Positions 22,836 to 36,200 of a stretch of DNA of 64,000 nucleotides are shown here, in pieces (position 1 is the stretch's first letter; each line of letters opens with the position of its first letter). This stretch comes from Lytechinus pictus. Lineage: Eukaryota. The stretch lies in the NCBI RefSeq assembly GCF_037042905.1, contig NC_087252.1, positions 14,013,872 to 14,077,871 on the forward strand. Direction: 5' to 3'. A program made the translations under genes and the position numbers. The notes below the pieces were generated by a model that was not told the DNA's origin, made no database searches, and worked only from the letters and a program-made list of their open reading frames with translations.

Positions 22836-25800
22836 ATGGAGGATGTCAGATTTGGAGTTTGGGACTATGTGGTCCTGGCTGCGATGCTCTTAATCTCAGC
22901 CCTGATTGGGATCTACTATGCCTGCTCTGGCGGCAAGCAGAAGACAGCAACAGAGTACCTACTTGCTGATCGGAACGCTAACCCGATACCCGTTGCTTTC
23001 TCCTTGGTGGCCAGCTTCGTTTCAGCTATCACGATCCTAGGGGTCCCTGCCGAGGTCTATGCCTATGGTGTCAGGTACTGGTTGTTTGCTGGTGCTTTCG
23101 TTGTAGCAGGGTGCATCTCAAGTCTTACCATGCCCGTGTTTGTGAGGCTGCGACTTACTAGTGCCAATGAGGTATGTTAAACACACACACACATACGTAC
23201 CCACATCCAGGAGCAACAGCTTATTATTAACCAAAAAACGCCCTTCAAACAATAATACTAATTCTTTCTCACCAAACACAAAGGTAGGCACCCCAGCTCT
23301 TATGAACTGTTCTCCCAGCGGGTACTGCGTAACATAATGTTATTATTACACTGCAAAAACTCCGGTGTTGATTTAACACCAGCCTGGAATCTATATATGT
23401 CCACACCAGAGAAGTGTTAAACAACACCAGTTTCGTTTTGGTCTGACACCAGACAGGTGCTTATACAACACCGATTAGTATTAAAACAGCATCGGTTTGA
23501 TACCAAACTGGTGTTGTTTCAATACTTTTATGGCGTGGACTACTTTTATGGTGTGGACATAATATATAGATTCCGGGCTGGTGTTAAATCATCACCGGAG
23601 TTTTTGCAGTGTACCCTAAAAACACCGATCATCAAAAAGAAGACACAAGGTGCCATATATAAGTCGAACCCACGACCTCCCATTCGTGAGGCGTGCGCTC
23701 TACCACTGATCCTCTGTACTGTCACTACACAATACACCATGGACACTATCACACCCTCATCCACTCACACATTAACACTCGCAAAAAGGTCGTGTCTCAT
23801 TAAAAAATGTGCGGTCCTTCACGAAAATAAAAACCTTTTTTTTTTTTTTTAATGTGCGCATTGTTTCATTGTCTATTTGCTAAATGTAAGAAGCTCTTAG
23901 ATGGTTGTATGGTCACGATCATTATGATTGTCATGATTAAGAATGTAAAACAGAAGAGCAGGGGGAGCAAAACAAATGAAGAAATAATCAATTTAATCGG
24001 TTTTTTTTAATGACGGTTATATATGTTTTGGAACTGTGGTGTATGTCGCAACCTTTATCTACCAAAGCCCATAAATGAGAATATCATAAAAAAGAATGTC
24101 AACAAAATTATCTATTATTGTCATTATATGGGCCATTATGTGTGACAACTCTTTGGCAACAGCCAATGTCAAATTAAAGTAGTTCAATGTATGTGTACAT
24201 TGACTTTTTTTAAACCTGCAATCAGATTATTTCAGCAAAATACGTGTCAAAGCATATCGATGACATAAATGAAAATATTACTCTGAAACATGTATGCCAC
24301 CACCTCAAATCCTGAACAGCTCAAGCCTGGCCAATTTCATTACCCATAATGCAGTATTCTTAAAAGTCTTCTAATATAGACCCACTTGACTGATAACACA
24401 CTTATTCACTACGTGTACTTAATACATTTTATACTCCATTAATAATGTTACCAAGTAGGAAACAAGTATTTTCCCTCTCAAAACATTTTAGTTCATCTCT
24501 TTTAATAACTTTTTTCTCTCTTTATTGGTAAAAATATGGGTAAAAGTTGAGAGACTAGTTATAACACACATACAAGTAGAAATCACACCCCAATGACACT
24601 CAGTGTATGACAATTCGCTCCCGATTTAAGTCCTTCGTAAAGGCCCAAATCACGCAGATAATGGACTGGTAAACATAACACTTTGTCCTTTTGTCTACTT
24701 CCCTTTTCTTACACCGCAGTTTAGTCCAACAAAGTATATTAACCATCCCCCAAAATACATATATATATATACCAAACCAACTTGATTTCATAACCACATA
24801 ACCTGGACGTTGTGGCGTGCACCTGTAAATCCAAGCTATGTGGGGAAGTTACAAATTGATGCAGAGGTTCGAGCCCTGGTCACGTCTTTCGGAAAGTGGC
24901 ATTTAAAGTCGGTCACAGACATTAAACAATCACATCGATTGGTATACACGTGTGTAAAATCTCAATAACACGAACTCCCACAAATTGTTAAGCACCTGTT
25001 CTGCCCCCTTGCTTGGTGTTGGTAATACCCGATTCATGTAGAACGTACCTTTCATTGCACCACAATAATCTCATTATTGATAAAGAGGGAGAGAATGGTT
25101 AGACGAAATAGGGAAGATTAGAAGATGAAATTAAAATGAAGACATCCTCATTGCAAGGCTGCAGTCACACCAACAAAACTGATTCCAAACCGACCGATGG
25201 AATGTCAATTATGGAAACAACGAAAGATATTATTCGATCTGTGGTCCGTTGCAGAAAGAGTTGCGTTTAAACGCAAGTCAAAAAATCAATCGCAAGTCCC
25301 AAATGCGCGCTGTTGATTGGTTGAAAATCAAGTTACGCATGATTTTTAGAGTTACAATAATAATTGCAACTCTTTCTGCAACGGGCCCCTGGAGTCGGTT
25401 CATCAGTGTGACTGACCATCCCGCCGACTCCAAACCGACCGATGGTATGTCATTGGATATAACGTAATATTGATAATTAATCGGAGCGTTGTGGCTCAGT
25501 GGATTAGTCTCCGGATTTTGAAACAGAGGGTCGTGGGTTCGAATCCCAGCCATGGCGTAATTTCCTTCGGCAAGAAATGTGTCCTCATTGTGCCGCACTC
25601 GACCCAGGTGAGCTGAATTAATCGTTCTGGGGAGCGTTTCATGAAAGGACTTGTCAGACGTTTTTATCCGGCAAGTACTGTTTTATCAGACAGTTACTAT
25701 GGTAACAGTGCCCCTCAGCCAATCATAATCAAGGAAAGTTGACAACTTGTCGGAGAAAAAAATCGATGAAACGCTCCTCTGGAGGCAGCTAGGCCATTGT

Positions 25801-28800
25801 GACTGTGACATATAGGACAGATGACAAGTAGCCTGATTGGTCAATAAAAACCAAGTGATGATAATTGGACCAAACTGCACAAAAAGAAAATCAAGAGTAA
25901 GAAAAATCAATCTGAGGCGAGTTAAGTGATCTGATTTTGGCATTGAAGAATTACAGGTCCCGATAATTATTACTCAAGCTCTGACGGTTAATGAAAATGC
26001 TGTGTATAATTTCTGTCTTAGCTTGTTCCATTAATAATATTAGACTTACTGTATGCTAATTAAGGGGTTTTATCATTGCATTCTGTTGTGATTCTTTCAA
26101 AATTGGGCGATTAATGCAGCGCTACATTCTCCATTTATTGAATCGATATGAATACAAAAGAAATATTTAAAAAATTACCGCAAATTATGCTGGGGCAAGT
26201 ATTCACTGCTGGATGATACGTGCCGTATAAGCTAAAACAAGAACAGCAACAGTCATTGCACCTTTCAGATGTAACATGGGGATCCTTCATGAGTGCATCT
26301 TTTGCACCAACAGATGAATATAGGCCCCCTACTCCATGAATTTAAGGAGTGCATTAAAAAAAATTAGATGTGTATGCACATTGACTTTAGGTTTCTAAGC
26401 TGAGTGTAAAAATAATCCTATTATCATCAGCGAACATGGCGAACGCGCACCATCGATTTGTTATATTTAGTTATTGGTACGACAATGCTGCCGATGACAA
26501 TTATCAGGTAAAAGACAACATGGACAATGGGATCATTAAACGATAGGAAGAGCTACATGATTGTCTTTCTAAATGTAAGAGCCAAATTAGAGGCTTAAAT
26601 AGTTCGGCATGAAACGTGTATGTTGTTGCAAATTCAGATTAGAATTGATAGGGAAATGTCACAAAATATTTCCTATTTTCGGCAAAAGAATTGTATTACT
26701 GTTATTACTTTTATTAAATTATTCGATTATATGGAACTGTCAATATCTTGTCATTTTCTTAATGGGATCTTGAGTTATAATCATGGTTATTGTACTCTTA
26801 TAAAATGATGATGTAGATACTGCAGATAAATAATAATCATTCAGACTGGTGGTTGATGATGATTGATGATGGCTTATTTTTTAGGTGAAATGTCAAAAAT
26901 TATATTTTCCTTTAAAAAAATCACCTTTGACCTCATTGCCATTAAAGGGGAAGTTCACCCTTACAAAAAAATTTATTGTCAATATAGCAGAAAAATTATC
27001 AAAAATATTGGTGAAGATTTAAGGAGAATCCATCTCAGATTTTAAAAGTTATTCGCCAAAATTTTAATATTTTTTATTTGTGACGTCATATGCGAGCAGC
27101 TTCCCACATGTCCCATGTATGTGTGGGTTTGGGTGCTTCCGTGTGTTTGTGTGTTTCTGATGAATCTGACGACGGCACAGAGGGTTGGGATTTTTAAAGA
27201 ATTAATTCTAGTCTATTTTGCACATTATGTACTGTATAATTTGTATGTATTTTGATTAATAGGGCCCGATTACAAAAAAACAGCTTTTTATCTTTGTCAA
27301 TGTTTTTATCGTGTATAGCTAAATTGGTTACCCTGTATAAAGATGTGAAGAAATAAATAAATAAATCATGAATTCAAAATATCAGTGAAATGTATTTTTC
27401 TAAAGAAAAATGAAAATAGATTGTGTTCCTTCAGTATATCAACAGACAAATTATTTCATACCCGCTCATGAAAGAAGAACATTTTTAGTCACCACGAACC
27501 TTTAAACATTTGAAATTTATGCATTTTATATAACATAACAAATGGGGCAGCTGCTTGTATATGACGTTACAAATCAAAATCTATAAACTTAAATTTTAAA
27601 TCTTCAAACAACTTTCTTAATCCTTAATGGAATTTTCTCAATTCTTCACCAATATTTTTTTATCATTTTTTTTGGGTATTTTTACAGCGAACTTTTCGTC
27701 AGGATGACTTCTCCTTTAAATATTCTGTCTACGTCATAATGTTTGTGCATGGAACGTAAGATTATTAAAATATATAGGTTTCTGGGTGAAACGTCACAAA
27801 TATTTGCTGAAGCCTATAATCACATTTGTTATAGCGTAATGAAATTCAAAATACAAGGGGTTTCCAGACTTATTTTGAAATTCATTTTTTTTTCTTTCTT
27901 TGTTTGAGTAGCAATCAGATGGGGCGCCGTGCAAATAGATTTTCGTATCCTTTCTGAATCAGCGGTGAGGATGATTTAATAGATCATCGTGAAAAAGTGA
28001 GATCTGCATTAAAAATCTTTGTATGCATGTTCTCAATGTTAACCCATGCATGAAACATAAGCACGTGTATAAACATGCACACGCTACCACCAATTGTTTT
28101 CATGGTTTTGTGGGTGAAATATCATGAATGCTTCTTCATCAAACCAGACTTTACTCTTTAATTGAAAATGTGTATCTGTGCATGAAAAATGAGGTTTTCA
28201 AGTTAAATTTCAAACAAGAGTGTTTTTTTTGCAAAAAAGTAGCTCGCGGTGAGAACCCTACCTCGCCTTTGGATTAGACTTGTACCCATGGGCGGAAATC
28301 CCAGGAGGGATACGTCCCCCTTACCAAAAATAGTAGGGGGACACAATATCAAATGTCCCCCCTTACTTTTTTTGTTTTTTATGATGGAGACAAATACATC
28401 ATTCACAATCGAAATAATACATTATTTTGGACTTAATGACCTTACATTTTGGGTGAAAACCTTTTTTTTCTTTTTTTTTTGGGGAGGCTAGTCAAAATTG
28501 TTTGGTTAAAATTATGTTCCATTTTGGGTGATATCCTTTTTTTTTTTTTTTTGCTTGTCAAAGTTTCCGGCCCCCTGGTCCCCCTATCTTTGGGGACAGA
28601 TTTCCGCTCATGCTTGTACCAAACTAGATTCTTACGTTTATGTGCCCTTTGATGGATTTAATTTGAATAATCTGACTTCCACATCAGTTGGAACTGATGC
28701 AAAGATGTTAGTCATCTCAATAGTTTCTTAAGAGAAATTATTATGAAATACATGTATATACCTTTAGCATTTCGCTGTAAATATTTGCTTTGGGCTTAAT

Positions 28801-31800
28801 GATGGTGTAAATAATAATACCAATAAAAAGTAATGAAAATAATAATAATTGCAATCGTTATCATCATAATCAAAATAAGAAAAGTTTTAGCAGGGGTGGC
28901 CATTGTAGTTATCAAACTGCTCAACTAGTGTGGTCTGTATTACATAACTATTACAAATACCATAATTAATATTTCAACTTTCATATCGACATTAAAAATG
29001 CTCAAAATTATTCATATAGTTATCAGCCGAATAGTGATTGTATATTGACACCAAAACATTTTGGACTCCATGGTTTATATTGCTTGTGTATTGTGTTTTT
29101 CAGTATTTTGAACTTCGATTCAACAGAGGTATTCGCCTTATCGGGACGGCCTTGACTTTTGTCTCAATGGTAAGCAGACATTAATTGTCTTTTCATTGGT
29201 CATTTGTGACGCAAAAATAAGACAGAACAAATATCCCGTCCGTCTACACTACTATCATTCAGTATAAATATCATTATACAACTCCCAAGAATGTTCTGTA
29301 ATCTGATTGGTCCAAATCGGATCACATGATATTCAGCGAATTGCACTATTGCATCCAAAATGAACTATCCTGCACTCTGACGTCATACCAAAAGTACTAT
29401 CCTGCACTCTGACGTCAGAGTGCAGGATAGTACGATTCTGGAATTATCTAGAATTATCTAGAATTTAGATCAAATATATCATTCGGGGCAACTCAGTAAC
29501 ATGGGTGAGGGGGGGTTGTATAAAACAAACAATACACGCATTCTTGTGCATATAGGACCTAAATAATGAACTCTGTGCTCGACTCGCCGAATGGATATAC
29601 ACACTCGGTCCTGCGGACCTCGGTGCGGTATATCAATTGGCTCTTCTCGCACATCGTTCATTATATGGCCCTGCATGCACGCACTTACGTGCATTATTTG
29701 TCTATGAGTAACATTGGAAAAGGCGGCTTTACACTCATGTTCACACCCACCCACACAGATATCTGAGGAACTCTGATTTTCATCTATATATATATATACA
29801 TATACATATATATATATATGTATATATATATAGGGGGATGCGTGTTGGTGGGTGTTTTACCCAAACAGCTACACCAAAAGTATTGGTTCTTGTATCGATT
29901 CCCATTACTTCGATTTGTCGAGTTTTGATTTGTAATAGTCATGACAATCAACTCAATCTACCATGTTATCCAATTTCTATAATATTTTTTTAATACATGT
30001 ATTTGTATATTTGAACTCGTAGACACATTATCACCAATAGTATTTCCATTTATTGCAATATAACAAGTACTGTTGAGTAAAAATACCTTTCTTGCTGACA
30101 TGTCAGAGATCGAGCCCTGGCCGGACTGTGTCGAGTCATGTAGGTGCCTTAAACCACTCGGTCACGGCACTTTCGCCTATTTTTCTTCCTTTTTACTTTG
30201 CATTAATTTGAATTTTTCATTCTCTCGCAATCCAAATACCTACCCTCCCTCCCTCCCTTTATCTCTTTCTCAGATTTTTTACATCGCTGTGGTGATTTAC
30301 GCCCCTGCTCTGGCACTCAATCAAGGTAAATATTTGAAACCTTCGATCGATTCAGTGTTTAAAGGGGAAGTTCACCATGGCAAAAGATTTATTGTACAAA
30401 AAGCAGAACAAATAATAAAAGACATTGCCGAAGGTTTGAGAAAAATCCATCCAAGAATTAAAAAGTTATCAGAATTTCAACTATTTGATTTGTGACGTCA
30501 CATGCGAGCAACATTCCTAAATAGCGAATGGTAAAAATAAATGAAATGTAATTTTCTCAGAAAACTAAAAATGTTTTTTTTTTAATAAATAGATAATAAA
30601 TAGATTTCACTCCCGATCATGAAAAGAAAACAATAGTAAGTCATCAGGAACATATAGAAATTAAATTCTTGAATTTGATATTACATAACACATGAGGCAG
30701 CTGCTCGTTTATGATGTCACAAATCCAAAACTTAAAATTCTAATAACTAATACGGATTTTCCTCAAACCTTGCCCAATTATTTTTGATATTTTTTCTGCT
30801 ATTTTTACAACAAACCTTTCTTCAGGGTGAACGTCCCCTTTAATAACAAAACTAATCGTTACCCGAAAATTACAACTCTTATCCATCTTGATCTATTTTG
30901 CGGAATTTGCAGAAGGATGCGTTTTCAACACGTCAAGAATTTTAAATCAACTAAAAATTAGTATTCGTTCAATTGGTTCAAATTCTTCGTAGACTAATGC
31001 ACTGGCGGATCCAGGGGGCACATCAGCTCAGTTCCCCCCCCCCCCTCTCCCCTTTGAGAGGCATAATCAAAATTGTAATGTAAATTTTCCGTTGTAAACT
31101 AAAATCCCCCTCCCCCTCTTGAAAGCGAGTACTTTTTTTGCCTATCAAACTTTCCTCAAGAAAATGCCCTCCCCCCTTGAGAAAATTCACTGGATCCGCC
31201 CCTGGACTAATGCATACATTCTAGTCAAATAGCATGAATATGATCACAAGGAGCATCATGATAAAAAGGATTGGTAAAGACAACCTTTCACCTAAATGTG
31301 TTTTTGATCATTTGCATTGTCATATCGTGACCTTGCATGCCTACGTGGTAACATGTTCCAGTTAATTTATTGTTCGACAATATGATTTTTTTAAAACATT
31401 GTTTATACTATTTAGTGAGTTGAGAAACAGTGCATAGCTTATTCTTATATTCCCTTTCCTTGCAATACAAATATACAGTGTATTGTTGGGTAAGGAGGTT
31501 AATTGCCACTAAGGGCCTGTTTCATAAAGAGTTACAACTGTTGTAACTTTGCCACAATGGCAACTACCATGACGGTAACCTTGTTTTTGATTGGCTGCTG
31601 AGCCATGTTACCATGGTAATTGCCATATAATGGCAGTTACAATAGTTGTAAATCTTTATGAAACGGACCCCAGGGTCCCGTCTTACAAAGAGTTACGATT
31701 GATCCAATCAATCGTAACTCTTTGTAAATCCATCAGTGTCATAATTTGTTCTATAAGAAATTTGCACAATGTTTTTTTTTGTAAACAAAGATAAGCACAG

Positions 31801-32606
31801 TAAATTTTCAAGAAAAAAAATGAATGCATCAATATACATTATAGTTAGCAAATATTTTGAATAAACATGCATAATACATGTAGATGTTGATGACTTTCCA
31901 TAGTTGCGATTGGTCGGATCAATCGCAACTCTTTGTAAGACGGGGCCCAGGTCTACGTTCATGAATGCATTTCCAGTTTATAATAAAAACCCATTTCGTC
32001 TCAAATTCACTTGGTCTAGTACTACTTGCATGTGGTCTGCAGGGCCTATAAGATTTAGATGAACTGTTTATAAACCAAAATGAAATTTTCATTTGACAGA
32101 GTATAGGATAAAATATAGACGAAGTGTAAATTAGAATTCTCCATCTGATCATTCAGAATGATGGAATAAATCTGTTTTCGAATAATTAGCGGCCGTTTCA
32201 ACACCATAACTCGAGATTAGCACCATTCCTATGGAAAGCCAAAGTGGACAATATACGATGATTTGACAAAATATAGACGTATGGAATTTAAGCGTGGATA
32301 ACATGTATGTTAAAGACGATGTCATTCAGCTTTGCTTTAAATAGAAATAACTTTGCTTTAAAGTTACGATTGGCGCTGCGTGAAACTGGTCCCTTGAATT
32401 CAGGTGCATGCATGCAAAATAAATAAATAAATGAAACGTGTTTGAATTTTAGATGTTTTGTTCAAAATAGTAAGATTATAGCATGTTGTATTCTGTATTT
32501 TTTTCGGATTCACTTTAATAATAAGTCCATATTATTCATGGTTATTTAGATTTCGATATTAACTCACCTCCCCCCTCCTCTTCACATCTGTCCATCCCTC
32601 CCAAAC

Positions 32607-32648
<42 letters not shown>

Positions 32649-33059
32649 TTCTTACATTTAGTATCTGGTGTTAATCTATGGGGATGTGCCATCGCAACTG
32701 GAGTCATTTGTACATTTTACACCACAATAGTAAGTAGGCCTAATAGTACTATGCATTGTTTCAATAAAGTATAAAGTGATTCCAAAGACATTATACTTCT
32801 TTAAAACTGCTAAAAGGTGTGTTGGCTGCATAAATAAGCTGGGGTAATAAATATGCAGCATTTAGAAAAACCTGAATTGAGTGCCATATAACTTTTTATT
32901 AGGTGGTCTCTCACTAGAACCAATATCCACCAGTAAATGACCAGTATAATTATTATATCAGATCAGTTGATATACTCTTAAAGAAAGGTTTGTTATTATT
33001 ATAATTGTTATCTTTGTTAATATTATTATTAGAAGTAGTAGTAACAGTGGTGGTAGTAA

Positions 33060-33124
<65 letters not shown>

Positions 33125-33197
33125 ATAGTAGTAGAATATAATTATCTTTATCGTCGTCACTATCATAATTATCACTATTGTTATCATCAATATGAAG

Positions 33198-33239
<42 letters not shown>

Positions 33240-36200
33240 ATAGTAGTAGTAGTAGTAGTAGTAGTAGAAGTAGTAGCAGAAGTAGTAGTATAGTAGTAGT
33301 AGCAGTAGTAGAAGTAGCAGTTGTAGAAGTAGTAGTAGCAGTAGTTGGAGTAGCAGTAGTAGTAGTAGTAGCAGTAGTAGTAGTAGCAGCAGCAGCAACA
33401 GCAATAGGGTAGAAGTACTAATAATAATTGCCTTTGTGGATCATAGTTGATGCTTATTTCTTTATTCATCCTTTTTCTTTCTACCCAGGGTGGAATGAAT
33501 GCTGTATTATGGACTGATGTCTTCCAGTCGTTGGTGATGTTGTCCGGTCTCCTAGCTGTCATCATCCAGGGCTCCAGTGAGGGAGGTGGTATGGATAATG
33601 TCTGGGACACCTGCTCGAGAGGAGGGAGGATCAACTTCTGGGAGTAAGTGATACCAGGATCGATACTGTGGTTCACGGAACAATGACCATCAAGGCCGGT
33701 GACAATGCTTTTATAAGGCATATGCTTTGAGATGCTGGAAGAACTTGCAAAATCAGTGGGTCTTTCTCCGTCTTTGAAATATTGAGTAGACATATAATAT
33801 TTATTTTGCATTTATCATAAGTTGTTATTTAGATGTTTCATTTTTGTTAGGTGAATCGGTTGTTCAAAAGTAACATTTATATGTTTGCCCAAAGAATGCA
33901 CAAAGCTAATTGTCAACGAAATCCGGTCGTATTGGTCTAAGTACATTATAAAAGTATCATTTTTTGCCTCATCCACTTCCTACCAGGTACAAAATAATGC
34001 AAGATCATCGCCATCATCACCTCAACCACTTCACTAGTGACGTCATCATTTTCTTTATCAGCAAACCCACCAACACCATCGCCACCATCATCATCATTGC
34101 CACCACCAGTTTTATATATATGACTTTCTCTTCCTTATCTTCATCGTCGCCATTAACACTTTCGTCTGCATCCCCTGTACTATCATCACGTTAATATCAT
34201 CATCGTCTTCATCCCCATTGGCATAATCATCCTACTTACGATTTTCGTAGTGATCATAATTATGCTACCACGACCCATATTCTTATTTTCCGCTTTCGGT
34301 ATTCAGATTTGATCCGGACCCGACTATCCGGCATTCGTTTTGGAGTATCGTCGTCGGAGGAGGGTTCACTTGGGGCGCCATCTACGGTGCTTCACAACCT
34401 CAAATCATGAGATATCTCGCCTGTGGAAAAGTTAAAACTGCTTCCATGTAAGTACTGTCTAAGCACAAATGATTTAATCTCTCTTTTTATCATGCTCTCT
34501 CGCTCTCCCTCGTTAAATCTCTGTCCTTATCCTTTTCATTGTCATTTTTCATTGATTAAATATCAACATTTCATTTATATATAAATTCAAAATGAACATT
34601 GTTTCAAGTTCTTTTATTATTTGTTTTTAATTTGTTCTATTTGACTGACTCCAAGTAAAACGATATCAACTTTGTCCACATATGGATATACACAAACACA
34701 CATAAATTTACATGAATATACCACATTTCATTTTAAATGTTTTTGTTTATGTGTGTTTATTTTACTGTTTTAATTGTATGCAGTTTAGCATTTTGGTTTC
34801 ATTGTACATTATTATAAAAACTAATGTAAATATGCTGTTCTGGGTATAAAGATTCGTAATATGAAAAAAAAATAATAACAAAAAATGAGACGAATACCTA
34901 ACAGTGAAATACGAATGCATGCCTTAAGTCGAAATATCTATGTAGACCTACCAGTCGACTTTAACAACGTACGTAGGTCTTGGTTGTTTTCATTATTTAC
35001 ATATTTGTTTATTTTGTTAGTTTTGTAGTTGTTTTTTATTGAATTATTATGTTAGTGTATTCTAATGTCCCGCCCAAATTCCAGAGCATTGTGGCTTGCG
35101 GTACTTGGTATGGTCATCGTCCTATCTTGCGCCATTCTTTCAGGCCTTGTGATGTACGACCGATACGCGACCTGTGATCCTTTCATCACCGGAAGAGTTA
35201 CCAGCGGAGACCAGGTAAAGATAAAAGTAAAAGGTATTTAAAGTATTATAATTATCGATATTTTTGTAATGGCTAGAGCAAGAACGCGCTCTTCACCGGA
35301 AACAGAAGTACTCCAAAAGATCAAGTGCGCTCAAGTTCCACACTTTTTTTGCTTGTGCGTGAAATCATTATAATTTCCAGAGGTCATTGTTCTACTGCTC
35401 TGAATTTTTAGTCAATTAAAAAAAATTGACACGTATGTATTTAGGCCTATCATGATGGTTATTTTGGTTATCGTCGACTGTCTGAAATGTCATTCCGCAT
35501 TCATTCTGTATTCCAATAGCCAGGGTTTGAAAGTAAACTATACGACAGTGTGCGTTGGCAGTAGTGATCACTGGACCGAGCTGTTTCAGCGGCACACGAT
35601 TAGTCTGTGTATTTAGTCACGTTTAGAGAATGTTTAGACAAGTTAAATGTGGTTTTATTTAGTTATGTCATTTCTTCTGCTGAGGACTTTAATAGTTGTA
35701 CATACGTCTGCTAGAGGCCTCTCTGGCATATTCGCTGTTTCTTTACTCAACATTGTATAATTCAATATTCATGTTTTTATAAATCAGTGATTTATTATTT
35801 CTTTTTTTTTACTTTACCTTTTTTTCATCTGAAGCTAATGCCATTCATAGTTGTAGATCTTTTCGGGAGCACACCGGGTCTATCTGGTTTATTCACTGCT
35901 GCAATATTCAGTGCTGCCATGAGGTAAGAAAGAAAAGGTTTTCCAAATCTTAATGTCGTATTTCGATTTGCATAAAATGTCGTAAGTAATCATTCCACTT
36001 TAAATATTCATGTATAATACTAGAATACTGTATAAATAAATACATAAAAAGTGTTCAAATCGCTGACTCGGAACCAGTCAGAGTGATTCTTTCATATTTG
36101 AAATTCATCACAAAACTTTTACGTGGCCCAGATGCCATTATTGTGTTCCATTGTTTTGTTATAGCGTTTGTCAAGAGGCTCAATGACGATCTTTGAATAT

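Noticed and set aside
25482..25555. Possible tRNA gene (also 46780-46850, 23661-23717, 36520-36560)
   Set aside because: A and B boxes are present but no closed cloverleaf, and SINE body sequence follows.
32958..33811. Long low-complexity ORFs (poly-L/Y/T/S); similar YI ORFs at 8164-8572 and 21050-21379
   Set aside because: Translations of (TAG)n or (TA)n microsatellites, or antisense to SLC5 exon 5.
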